Below, piece by piece: positions 1 to 11,958 of a stretch of 64,000 bases of DNA. Below the pieces are notes generated by a model. That model saw only the letters and a program-made list of their open reading frames with translations. It ran no database searches and had not been told where the DNA came from. The position numbers and the translations under genes are program-made. The stretch is taken from assembly GCF_006345805.1 (NCBI RefSeq), contig NC_043005.1, positions 106,702,001 through 106,766,000 of the forward strand, written 5' to 3'. The DNA is from Octopus sinensis. Lineage: Eukaryota. Numbering within the stretch: position 1 is the first letter of the stretch; each line of letters starts with the position of its first letter.

Positions 1-316
1 CCGAGGTCGACTTTGCCTTTCATCCTTTCGGGGTCGATAAATTAAGTACTAGTTACGCACTGGGGTCGATGTAATCGACTTAATCCGTTTGTCTGTCCTT
101 GTTTGTCCCCTCTGTATTTAGCCCCTTGTGGATAATAAAGAAATAGGTATTTCGTCTGCCGTTACGTTGTGAGTTCAAATTCCGCCAAGGTCGAGTTTGC
201 TTTTCATCCTTTCGGGGTCGATAAATTAAGTACCAGTTACGCACTGGGGTCGATGTAATCGACTTAATCCGTTTGTCTGTCCTTGTTTGTCCCCTCTGTG
301 TTTATAGTAAAGAAAT
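1..316 (+). mobile_element. SINE type A, two head-to-tail partial units (first cut by the window edge)
   Basis: Matches full copies at 760-992 and 1431-1656: GAGTTCAAATTCCGCC B-box, core GTCGACTTTGCCTTTCATCCTTTCGGGGTCGATAAATTAAGTAC, tail GCCCCTTGTGG..AATAAAGAAATA. The second unit starts at the internal GGTATTTCGTC (~146). Confidence 0.9.
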
Positions 317-759
317 ATATAAAATATATATATATGTATTTCAATTCGAAACTGTACGGGTTTGCGTGAGTTTATACATACATAAATGCATACATACATA
401 CATTTGGGCTATTGTACTGGACAGCTGATGAGATACGCAACTTGGACATCAAAACCAGAAATGTACTGACCACCACTGACAACTTTCACATTACCAGTGA
501 CACCGATAGGATTTATATGAGACGAAGTGATGGCGATAGAGACATAAGATTTGTCTAAACAGTCTTTGAATGTCGCATTATATCACTCAGACAACACCTG
601 TTGAACACTAAAGAAAGAAATAAGTACATTCCAAGCATACTCAAAAGTGAGAGCAACATCTTCAGAGCTGGAGAAGAACTACTGTGCCGTTACTCTGAGA
701 ATACAACTGTCTCGTTCGATCCAAATGAGGCTGGGGTGGAATAACTAAACAGAAACTTT

Positions 760-992
760 AAGGCGGCGAGTTGGCAGAAACGTTAGCATGCCGGGCGAAA
801 TACTTAGCGGTATTTCGTCTGCCGTTACGTTCTGAGTTCAAATTCCGCCGAGGTCAACTTTGCCTTTCATCCTTTCGGGGTCGATAAATTAGGTACCAGT
901 TGCGCACTGGGGTCGATATAATCGACTTAATCCGTTTGCCCGTCCTTGTTTGTCCCCTCTATGTTTAGCCCCTTGTGGGCAATAAAGAAATA
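760..992 (+). mobile_element. tRNA-derived SINE type A, full length
   Basis: Head AAGGCGGCGAGTTGGCAGAAACGTTAGC (A box), B box GAGTTCAAATT, conserved core and tail. Flanked by the direct repeat AGAAACTT (751-758 / 993-1000). Confidence 0.92.
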
Positions 993-1430
993 AGAAACTT
1001 GTAGGAGAAGCAGACATCATACTATCAAAAAGCAATGCTTGCGTATATAAGCTAGAAGGTAGCAATTGCATTGACGGGAAGAGTAGACTCCTTTGGATGT
1101 GCAATAGGTATATTATATCCCACCGAGAAGAATATGACTTCGCTATCCAGGAAAGGAGATAGCTACTAAATACCTGATAAACAAAAGGGACAAAGATACC
1201 ACTAAACCTCTACGTTGTGATAAAAAATGTCGGCTCTGCTGTACGAATGTGGAAGATATCATCCATATCATCAGCAACTGCCCCCCCCCCCACCAAATGT
1301 CTACGAGATACTATCTTCCCCTGAGGATTGTTATAGTTGTTATGACTAGTTATAATACTATATGTAAGAAGGACTGCCCTGACGTATACATCAAAAGCAT
1401 GCCACAACCAGAAGGTATTCACACCTCCAT

Positions 1431-1656
1431 TAAGGCGGCGAGTTGGCAGAAACGTTAGCACGCCGGGCGAAATGCTTAGCGGTATTTCGTCTGCGTTACG
1501 TTGTGAGTTCAAATTCCGCCGAGGTCGACTTTGCCTTTCATCCTTTCGGGGTCGATAAATTAAGTACTAGTTACGCACTGGGGTCGATGTAATCGACTTA
1601 ATGTCTGTCCTTGTTTGTCCCCTCTGTGTTTAGCCCCTTGTGGGTAATAAAGAAAT
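1431..1656 (+). mobile_element. tRNA-derived SINE type A, full length
   Basis: Same sequence as 760-992. Perfect 17-bp flanking duplication AGGTATTCACACCTCCA (1413-1429 / 1657-1673). Confidence 0.95.
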
Positions 1657-2907
1657 AGGTATTCACACCTCCAAAAACAAAGAACACTGGTGGAATATCT
1701 AATAAAAACAACAATTCGGTGCTAACATAACACATCTGATATTGTTCTGTGGAACAGAGAATAAAAGTCATGCACTGTTGAAGAGGTCAGCTGCCCAGCA
1801 GACATGAATGTACAATCAAAAGCTCAGAAATTAATGCGAAACTTACAACTCTTATAACCTAACTATGAATTCTCATTTGTGCCCATATTTATAAGTGCAT
1901 TAGGTTATGTACCAACAAACTTGCACAAGAACCTAGAAAAACTTGGTTTCACAGAAAAAGAGCAGAGGAAAAATAAAATAAAAAAAAAACAAAGAAAGCT
2001 GACATGATTCCTTCAAATCAAGTCTATTAGTGGAACAATAAAGATCTGTAAGACATTGCTGAAAATCTCCATGTGAGATTCTTATGTGAATAGATGCACA
2101 TACTTAGGTGCGTCGTGCATCGACTGTTCAACCAACACACCAACTCACCCATATATTCACAAACATCGAAACTCTCTTAAAACAAACGATCTTGTAACTT
2201 TGTCCTCCAACCAGGTCTTTCCCAATACACTTAGAGTCTGGGACTTTTCAGCTCCTCCTTGCTTACTAAGCCACAATAACTACAGCACAACTACAATATT
2301 ACCATGACACTACAACACAACGCATCCACACAAACTGCGCTTAAATTACTACCACTGTAATACTACTTCAAAACCACTGGTGGTGCCTGGTGTCTACCAC
2401 TTCAACAGACACAATGGTCGGAGTCATAATCGCCACTAACACCATTATCAATAGCGTCACCACCATCACTATCATAACAATCACCATCATTATTCCCAAC
2501 ACTACCATCACCAGCAATCACTACCATAACAATCATCCTTCTAACGCTATCGTCATAAGCATCTCTACCACCGCGAGCAACATCATCACTACTCCCATCA
2601 CCATCTTCATGACCACCAAACCGCCACCTCAACTTTAACTGAACGCTCATTTACGCCTACCAGTTTAACGAAAACAGCAGCAACAATACCAGCCTCGGAT
2701 GTGGAAAAAATATGGTGTCTTTTCCCAGGTCATTCGATCGGCTAAACATAGCAGTCCAAATCACCCACACTACCATCTTCAAAGATAGATTATGTAGCCC
2801 AGTGAATATTAGTCATGGAAACAAGAGAGTATGTTGTCAATTACTAACCGGATCGATCAAGGTTGACTTGGGAAGGAACAGGAACAATGAACAGCAGCAG
2901 CAACAGT

Positions 2908-3385
2908 GAAGGTGCAATGGCCCAGTGGCTAGGGTAGCGGCCTCGCGGTTGTAAGAACGCGGTTTCGATTCTCAGACCGGGTATTGTGAGTGTTTATTGA
3001 GCAAAAACACTTAAGCTCCACGAGGCTCCGGCGGGGACGGGGGTAAACCCCGCTGTACTCTTTCACCACAACTTTCTCTCACTCTTTTTTCCTACTTCTG
3101 TCACAAAGTAGAGGAACCCTGGTGTAACCCACTATGGTGTGGTAAACTTTTAGACCCTCGTCTAGTTTGCGAATCCTCTGTACCCCAGGATGGTTCAGCT
3201 CTCCACCCGTTAAAAGCCACCGTTTGCAGAATGAGGATAACAACGTAGCTTTCATGCCCGTGCAACCGTCAGTCTATCGCGTGTGGTGGTTGGATCGTCA
3301 AGTTGCCACACGCATTCGTAGTAGCTTAGAGTAGGCTCGAATTAGAGATTATTCTTTGAGGCGAATGGTGTGAGTCCTGATTGGA
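2908..3385 (+). mobile_element. tRNA-derived SINE type B (~480-bp body; ~920 bp including the expanded microsatellite tail to 3827)
   Basis: tRNA-like head TGGCCCAGTGGCTAGG...GGTTTCGATTCTC. Collinear and highly similar to 13246-13704. The direct repeat CAGCAGCAACAGT flanks body plus tail (2895-2907 / 3828-3840). Confidence 0.9.
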
Positions 3386-3415
3386 ATAATTATAATAATA
3401 ATAATAATAATAATA

Positions 3416-3482
<67 letters not shown>

Positions 3483-3827
3483 AAGAAGGAGGAGGAGGAG
3501 GAGGAGAAGACGAAGAAGAAGAAGAAGGAGGAGAAGAAGGAGGAGGAAGAGGAGAAGGAGGAGGAAGAGGAGAAGAAGAAGAAGAAGAAGAAGAAGAAGA
3601 AAAAGGAGGAGGAGGAGAAGAAGAAGAAGAAAAAGGAGAAGAAGAAGAAGAAGGAGGAGGAGGAGGAGAAGAAGAAGAAGAAGAAGGAGGAGGGGGAGGA
3701 GGAGGAGAAGAAGAAGAAGAAGAAGGAGGAGGGGGAGGAGGAGGAGAAGAAGAAGAAGAAAAAGGAGGAGGAGGAGGAGGAGAAGAAGAAGAAGAAAAGA
3801 AGAAGAAGAAGAAGAAGAAGAAGAAGA
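3385..3827 (+). repeat. Compound microsatellite (AAT)n then (GAA/GGA)n purine tract
   Basis: Read directly; source of the spurious poly-R/S/L ORFs at 3349-3894. Confidence 0.97.
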
Positions 3828-4639
3828 CAGCAGCAACAGTAATAATGTTAAGAGAACTGTTGATCAAACGTGTTGCTGTCATTTTGATTTCTAAAACAAT
3901 GTGTCTCGGATTATATTTTGCGCTGTGGCATTCCTTCGTTTTAAGATACTATCTTACGATATAGGTTTATTTGTGGCCTTGTGTTTATTTGCCACCTTTT
4001 TTCGAGACATGCTGAGTGGATTTAGATATGCTTCAAATTCTGTATCGGTGTTAATTGACATCTCTAGACAAATTTAAATGGTGTTCTGTCCTTTAAGAAA
4101 ATTTAACAAAATCTTCCTTAGTTTGACATTTTCCACCATAAAATACATAATAAATCCTGAATAGACAGGGTCGCTGTTTTAGATATGTGGGAGAATGTAT
4201 CCTATAACAAGATGCAGCGAAAACTCATTCAGAATAAATTCACAAGTTCATATGAAACTGAATTACAACTACGTATTACTTTAGGGGAAAATCTGCATAG
4301 AGCATGTGTTCAAAAGGAAATAGTTAAGATAGTCATCTCATGACAAGACAAAGAGTCAAAAAATAGCTTACTTCTGTCAAGTTGAAAAATACCAAGCTTT
4401 AGGCATGATTCTTCACACTACCACCATATGAAAAATTTACTATGGTGTATGTAAACATCTTGATATTGTTGTGAAAATATTTACTAGCTAAAAGCAAAGA
4501 TTTGAAGAAAACGGATTATGTGACCTACAAAAGAAAATTATGATTCTGATACTCACCGCACACGTATGAAAGTATGTATGTATGTATGTATGTATGTATG
4601 TATGTATGTATGTGTGTATGTATGTATGTATGTATGTAT

Positions 4640-4915
4640 AGGAGAAGCCTTAGAAGGAATGAACCTGCGGAGAATGAGGGAGTGTTGCGTTTTGTGTGTA
4701 AATTGTGATAAGGCTATTGTTCACAACACATGTGCAGCACGTGGAAAGGTGTGCCTCTCAGTTGGAGGACTGAAAAGACATGTCAAAAGAGTTCATTCTG
4801 TGGAACCTGTTTCTTCTGCAAGCCAGCACAGCGGTGAATTATAAAATACAATATGCAAAATTTTCACCGGGCTCAAGAGTCAAGCAAGGTCTTCACGTTG
4901 CATTAACATTGATTC
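4640..4915 (+). mobile_element. Degenerate C2H2-like zinc-finger fragment, probably the 3' end of a LINE ORF2
   Basis: CAARGKVCLSVGGLKRHVKRVH resembles the CxxCGKxCxSxxGLxxH finger at the C-terminus of RTE/L2-type ORF2. A second, broken finger-like stretch follows. No convincing splice sites. Confidence 0.4.
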
Positions 4916-5039
4916 ATTTCAATAATTCTTTCTAGAAATCCTTAATTTCAAACACGGTAACCCCCCTCCCCCGAAAAATTGGGTCTACCCATTTTTTTTA
5001 TGAATTCAAACTTTGAAATAATGCTTCCCCAAAAGTCAG

Positions 5040-6012
5040 TAATATCAACAGAGATTGGGGGTGAAGGGTCCACTAGTGATCGGATGATAAAACAGTGGCC
5101 TGACAGATTCAGTAGTGAGAATGAGAGCCTTGAAGATCAAGAAGGTAGAGAACAGAGCAGCATTTGAAAACAATACACCTTTCTGGAACCTAATCAGAGC
5201 ATTACATCGGAAGATTACTATAAGCAACTGGAAAAATGCATATCCACTTGAGCAAAATGAGACCTGCACTTGTCAATCGACGTGGTCCAATTCTGCTCCA
5301 CGACAACGCTGGAGTGCACGTTTTCAGGATGATACTGCGGAAGCTCACAGACTTTTGATATGAGACTTTACCATAGGCGCAGGAGTGGCTGTGTGGTAAG
5401 TAGCTTGCTAACCAACCACATGGTTCCGTGTTCAGTCCCACTGCGTGGCATCTTGGGCAAGTGTCTTCTGCTATAGCCTGTATGTATGTGTGTGTGTTTG
5501 TGTGTCTGTGTTTGTTCCCCTAGCATTGCTTGACAACCGATGCTGGTGTGTTGACGTCCCCGTAACTTAGCGGTTCGGCAAAAAGAGACCGATAGAATAA
5601 GTACTGGGCTTACAAAAAGAATAAGTCCCGGGGTCGATTTGCTCGACTAAAGGCGGTGCTCCAGCATGGCCGCAGTCAAATGACTGAAACAAGTAAAAGA
5701 GTAAAAGAGTATATCTTCCATATTCTCCTGATCTTTCACCCACTGAATATCACTTTTTCAAACATCTGGATACATTTTTAAGGCAAAAAAGACCTTCCCT
5801 TCTAAAACTGAGGTCGAAATTGAATTCAAGGATTTTTTGGCATCAAACTTTTAGATTTTTATCGAAGAGGCATAAATGATCTTGTTAATCGATAGGAGGA
5901 ATGCATAATTGTTCAGGAATCATATTTTGAATAATTAAGCATTTGTATAAGTTCAGGTTTTCAAGAAAATAGGCTTATTTTTAGAATCAGCTATTTTCCG
6001 AAAAACCTAATA
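5040..6012 (+). mobile_element. Mariner transposase remnant (internally deleted), interrupted by SINE type C
   Basis: GEGSTSDRMIKQWPDRFSSENESLEDQEGR (HTH region); RPALVNRRGPILLHDNA; after the SINE, LPYSPDLSPTEYHFFKHLDTFL..FYRRGINDLVNR..SYFE*. Right end ...AAAAACCTAATA (6001-6012) is mariner-TIR-like. Confidence 0.9.
5375..5711 (+). mobile_element. tRNA-derived SINE type C
   Basis: Head GGCGCAGGAGTGGCTGTGTGGTAAG..GTTCAGTCCC, internal (GT)n, tail GGCGGTGCTCCAGCATGGCCGCAGTCAAATGACTGAAACAAGTAAAAGAG. Reverse-complement copies at 40598-41002 and 62671-63072; fragments at ~6409-6470, ~21848-21880 and ~23125-23345. Confidence 0.9.
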
Positions 6013-6294
6013 ACATTATTTTAGTGTTTTCCCTAAATGGATTTTCTGAAAAATAGCTTTACGAAATTCTTCGATCTAGCTACGAAACAAACTGCCACGT
6101 TGCCCTTATCTTTAAGTGAAATAATCATTTTAATTTTCAGTTTCCTCTTCGATAGATAAACACAAACATTCCATATTTTAAGGGCTACAAATGCACAACC
6201 ACACACACATACACACACGCACACACGCCTATACACACATGCACAAGCACATACAGACACATGCACATACACAAACATCTGTATATATGCATAC

Positions 6295-6348
<54 letters not shown>

Positions 6349-6352
6349 TATG

Positions 6353-6385
<33 letters not shown>

Positions 6386-6815
6386 TATGTATATATACAT
6401 ATGTATATAAAGGCGGTGCTCCAGCATGGCCACAAATGACTGAAACAAGTAAAAGAATAAAAGAATATATACATATATATACATATATATATATATCATA
6501 TGCGCTACAAGCATTATACGACTCAGTACATTGGGTCGAGTGGACAGTTACGTTTCTTTTGTTAAAAAATGATTATCCACTCGAGTTTTGTCTTCGACCT
6601 TCTGGCTGATCACGACTGCGACGGAAATGGAGTGACATGTGGTATTTTTGAGGCAAGAAGGGCACTAAAAGCTTCGAGATAGGAGGGATTCTTAGTTGAA
6701 TTTCAGAATTTAAAATATAAAAAGAAATTTTAAGTGAATTTGTTCAGGGCATCTGAGGACTATTGAGTATGTGTGTGTGCGCTCGTGCATGTGTGCGGGT
6801 CTCTGGAAGCCTTTC

Positions 6816-6851
<36 letters not shown>

Positions 6852-7974
6852 CCGTCCACATTCTCACTCTTATGAAAGGTTCAGCACTGAAACGCTATTA
6901 CTCTCTATAAAAAAACCACTCAAAATCTACAGAAACCATTGATGACAGTTTAGTCTAAAGCTAGGTGGACTATTTCTTGAGTAAATTATGGCGAGAGCAG
7001 TCAGTGTTGCTGCTGTAACATTAAAGAAAACAAAATATGGAAAATTGATAAGTATCCATTAATATATTCACGTGAAAGGATAGTGAACTGGCGCCGGACA
7101 AAATGTTTAACTACATTTCTTCCATTTTTTGTTTTTCATTCCTGTGTTCAAATGTCGCCAGGGTCGAACAAATAAGTACCAGTTGAGTAGTGGAGTGGAT
7201 GTAATCAACTCCCCCACTCTCTGCAAAATTGCTGGCCTTGTGTCCAAATTAAAAAGAAACATAGTTCAGATAATCATCGTTCACTTTACTTTGTGAAATT
7301 AAAATTACAAGCGAATTAAATGTTACTGCCAGTTAATCAAAGTTGCAATTCTTCAGTTAATGATTAAAGTTTCTTTTAACTTGGTTCAACAATATTTTTT
7401 TAAAGGATTCAATAAGAATGCTGATAACTCAGTAATCTCACAGACAATTTCTTACGAATATTAATATTTAAGATTTCATCATATCAAATAAAGACAGAGT
7501 TCCTTAATAATTTCATGTCTAGATTCCATTCGGCATTTACACGCCTTCATTAAATATATTTTAATTATCCTGTCTAAAGTAATTAATTTCCATTATTTCT
7601 CATTTCAATCTTAATTTCTGCCTCTTTACTTTGCCACCATCTCTCAGAATTCATCGCCTGGTGGATGATGGATATTCACAGACACCATGACAAAGTCAAC
7701 AGTTGAAAACATTTATCAACCCCGTCGCTTTGACATGGGTTCTTGAAAACAAACATCCCATTCCATCCCAATTATATTTAGATTAAATTTAAATATGTCA
7801 GTATATAAATAATGTATTTCTAAACCTAATATGAATTAACTTGGTAAAATTGCATTTTCAGAAATGCTTTTAATACTCCTAGACCTATGGGATAATGATG
7901 AAAACAAATAATGCCGATGCCGACTTCGGTAACTCACGCATCTCAACGATATAAAATACCCCTATACAAATATA

Positions 7975-8520
7975 GATACACATACATAAATACAAGCACA
8001 CACTCACACACACATGCATACATACGCCCATACATACATACGTTCACAGATACATGCATGCCTGCATACATACATACATACATAATTCATACATACATAA
8101 ATACATACACACATACATACAAACGTACGTAAGTACATACATACATACGTACACACATACATACATACGTTCGTACACACATACATACGTACATACGTGC
8201 GTACACACATACGCACATACATACGTAAGTACATACATACATGCGTACATACATACATACATACATACATACATACATACATACATACATACGTACATAC
8301 ATACATACATACGTACGTACACACATACATACGTACATACGTACGTACACACATACGTACATACACACGTAAGTACATACATACATACGTACATACATAG
8401 TACGTACACACATACATACGTAAGTCCGTACATACCTACTTACATACATACACACACATGCGTATGTACACACAAACATACATAATACATACATACATAC
8501 GTACGTACATACATGCACAG
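7975..8520 (+). repeat. Imperfect (TACA)n/(TACG)n microsatellite
   Basis: Read directly; explains the overlapping HTYI/MYVC ORFs. Confidence 0.95.
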
Positions 8521-8564
8521 ACAATACAAGAAAAATAGATATATATTTTTTTGTCATCAGATCT

Positions 8565-8918
8565 TGTTATGTCGCACGTTCGGATGACGTGCCTTTGCCA
8601 ATAACGTATCTCTACTCAACTACCGAACTCTCACTTCCGACGACTCGACTCAACAGAACTCGACGTCTAGTCCACTCACGGCTCCGGCTCGCTCCACTCG
8701 ATGCTTCTACGACTAACTATCACGTCCACTATTTATACGTATTGGACTAGCCTACTTATCGTCTGGGAGCGCCCACATAACAGATTTCCAGTTCAAATTC
8801 GTTCTGAAGAGGTGGTAATCAGTTTTGCTTATCCATCCATAGTTCTCCAATGATACTTGGCTTCGTAGTTGTGAATCCGACTGGCAGTTTGGAACTTTAT
8901 CAGATCATCTTACGTACA
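8565..8918 (-). mobile_element. Possible solo LTR
   Basis: TG...CA termini (TGTTATG.. / ..ACGTACA). On the minus strand TATAAATAG is followed by an AG-rich tract, as in many Gypsy/BEL LTRs. GC-richer than flanks. No target-site duplication found. Confidence 0.4.
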
Positions 8919-9141
8919 TTATATCTTTAAAATATGTCTCGTTTAACTGTTGTGTGACTTTTGAATTTTATGTTTCCGTGCATAATATGTGTCTTCCATG
9001 CATGTTTATGTATGTGTAAATGTATATGAACGAATGTGTGTGAGCATATTTGTGTAGGTATATTTATGCATATATGCATCTGTACGCGAGTGTTTATGAA
9101 TGTACGTGTGTATGCATATGTGTGTGCATGTGTGTATCTGA

Positions 9142-9173
<32 letters not shown>

Positions 9174-10319
9174 TTGTGTGTATGTGTGTGTGTGTGTGTA
9201 TGTGTGTGTGTGCGTGCGTGTGTGTATGCATAAGCACCTCAAAGTTTTTAATATGACTTGTGAATATTGTATATCAGGCTTTACGTCCTCCATTGGTTAA
9301 CCATTTTTTCACAATCTACTTTATTTTTTTCTTTGTAACTTCCAGTGAAAGCTTCGTATTTTTGGTATTTCGTAGAGTATTTGTGGCCAATAAAGAAAAG
9401 AATCGCCACAAATGTCGACAAGCCCTCACCGTCTTCGGCAGATAATGCGGTCGTTGTAAGTTATACGTTAGCATTATTTAGATATTTAGTGGCGAGTAAG
9501 AGCGATGAGGTTCTTCGGGGAAACTCTAGGCATCGATGAGACACGACTGTTCGTTTAAGTCGTGTTCTCAGGCAAGGAACTACCATAGATACCTTTTAGC
9601 AATCCCTGGCTAGGCAGAGCTACCGAGGGAACATAGCCGGTCCGAGATAAGCTAAACAGATATGAAAGTGCTGCCAGGTGGGACTACCCAAGATGTTCAC
9701 AGAGCAGCAAAAACATGCTGCACGGATGCGTGTAATGGTCTACCGGTGAGGAAATATGCCAAACAGCTGTTGTTGCGGGTACGAGGAATCCGGGCATCGG
9801 TCTAATCCATTGTGATGATCGCCCCACATACCACGCTTAACACGGCAGATCAAACGATGTTCATATGTCTATAAGAGGTGATGAAATGAGCCAAAAAAAA
9901 AAGGATTGGGCAAAGAACTTATCTTTGCGGTTAAACCCTCATTGACATTTTAAAGTTCTACTTGAATAGGAAAGGGAGAAGAGGGAGGTAAGCACTCTCA
10001 CCTAATGAATTTGTGAAAAGGTAAGTGACGGCAGCAAAAATGGTTAGGATGAATGGGTCAGCTCTAAGTATGCGCCTGATGATGATGATGAAGCCTGCAA
10101 CGATATTTGTAGCAAGTTTATCGGACATGTTAGAAGCCTTTCGTTTTGACGAAATAATGTAAGAAAATAAAGATAACTTGTAAATAGAGGGAAAACTTAC
10201 CCGCAGAGACAACTGCTGGTTTCCTTTAAAAAGTCTTGCCGAAGCCTGACCATCTGTGAACAGAAACGCAGTCAACCATGACCGACTGAGGCATATATAT
10301 ATATATATATATATATAAT

Positions 10320-10560
10320 ACAAAATGGGACAAGAACGCAAAACATCCGGACAACCAGGTAATACAAAAAGGGACGACAAAACATCCAGATAGACGATAC
10401 AAAAAAACAAGGACGGGTCATTCGAAGTTATCTATCAACAGTTAAGAACCGGATTATCCTCGCAATTTCAGCTGATTAATCTTGAGATTGCTCCAATGTG
10501 GCTAGCCTCAAGGAGAAACTAAGCTAAGAGCATTAGATTCCTTGGAAGAAAGCATCGAAT
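10320..10560. mobile_element. Penelope-like terminal-repeat remnant next to an (AT)n tract
   Basis: Resembles, from recall, abundant Octopus Penelope-derived repeats. Compositionally similar pieces at 22160-22410 and 36070-36250. Not verifiable inside the window. Confidence 0.35.
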
Positions 10561-10641
10561 ATATGCAAAAACAAGCACGGAAAAACAGACGAAGTTACAC
10601 GAATATAAATACAAAATACAATAAAATGAATAATAATAATG

Positions 10642-10683
<42 letters not shown>

Positions 10684-10878
10684 TAATAATAATAATAATA
10701 ATAACAGGACATAACAACAGGTGTCTTTCGACTGGGGACGCATTGAATTCAGCAGGCGTGTGGGGAAATGAAGCCCTACGGCAGAGATACAAAACTTTCA
10801 CAAACACAGGAAAGAATATCGATGTGGCAGTGACCACAGTCAGACGCAAACAGAGGGCTAGCAGTATATATATGTATA

Positions 10879-10957
<79 letters not shown>

Positions 10958-11043
10958 CACATATACATACGCACGCAAATACACACGCACGCACACACAT
11001 TTGTGTATTGTACAAGTTCCTATTTTTGCAATTTTAACCGCAG

Positions 11044-11191
11044 TCCGTTCCGATCCAGCATAGCTATGGCCCAAAGAATTCCAGCATATAGTGAACCAAA
11101 TCTTGTAGAACAAGATTTTCCAAAGAATCTTGCTTTATGTCAGATGCAGACGGATAATTTGTCTTCTATTTCTAGCAAGTCGACTGACCAG
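11044..11191 (+). CDS. Putative exon 1 of an uncharacterised plus-strand gene (ATG at 11066: [42 protein letters not shown])
   Basis: Acceptor ttttgcaattttaaccgcag|, donor CAG|gtataa, open frame, unique sequence between microsatellites; ends in phase 0. Confidence 0.55.
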
Positions 11192-11925
11192 GTATAAATC
11201 CTCTATCTCAGGGACGCCGCGTAGAGATGAGTAATTTCTGTCCCTTTTGTGTGTATATGTATATTTCTGTCCGTCTCGCCGTCTCTGTTATGTGAGTGAG
11301 AGTATTTTTTTATCCCTATCTGAATGTATATATTATTTTGAAATTCAAAATATAATTTTATCTCTGTACTTACTTATTGGAAGACATTATTATAGGAACA
11401 AATTTCTTTGATTTGCCTTATTGACTACCAATTGAAATTTTTCTTTATCTCGCCGATATTCATTATTCAAATATATATTATATTTTGATAGAATCTTATT
11501 AAATGGATAAAATCACTATGCTAAATTCTAATAATATTCGAAACATTTTTTAACTTATATATCTCCATAAGTACAAGTGTATTGAATTTCGTATATGTGA
11601 GTGGGAGCGTGCATATATTCGTGTGTACATATATGTGTGAGTGTGTATATGCTAATTTATATATTTTTGCCATAGATTTATACGTGTGTGTAATCGTGTA
11701 TCTCTACAAATGAGTTTGTATGTATATATGAGTGTATATATGACTATGTTTGTATGTATGCATTTTTATATACATGCATATATTTAAATTCAGTTATAGA
11801 TAATCATACATAGATAAATTAGTGGATATATATATATAGAGACGGATCCATATACGTATATACAAAAACTACATTTATATGTGTTTAGCCACACACATAA
11901 CTACGTAGCTAGAAAGCACATATAT

Positions 11926-11958
<33 letters not shown>

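Larger units (their letters stand above)
401..2076 (+). mobile_element. Decayed non-LTR retrotransposon of RLE (restriction-like endonuclease) type, R4/Dong-like; 3' part of ORF, split by two SINE insertions
   Basis: Manual translation: FGLLYWTADEIRNLDIKTRNVLT..TDRIYMRRSDG (post-RT region, ~403-535); CRLCCTNVEDIIHIISNCP CCHC knuckle (~1226-1285); HWWN..HNTSDIVLWNRE..EEVSCPAD (PD-(D/E)xK-like motif, ~1685-1805); VPIFISALGYVP..LEKLGF..SGTIKICKTLL. Contains several stops and frameshifts. Confidence 0.8.

Noticed and set aside
3349-3894. Overlapping poly-Ser/Pro, poly-Arg and poly-Leu ORFs; likewise 37116-37742, 60854-61824, 7911-8557 and the many (YI)n ORFs
   Set aside because: All are readings of simple repeats.
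4566-4844. Host C2H2 zinc-finger gene
   Set aside because: Single degenerate finger, no TGEKP linkers, starts in a (TATG)n repeat; more likely a LINE remnant.
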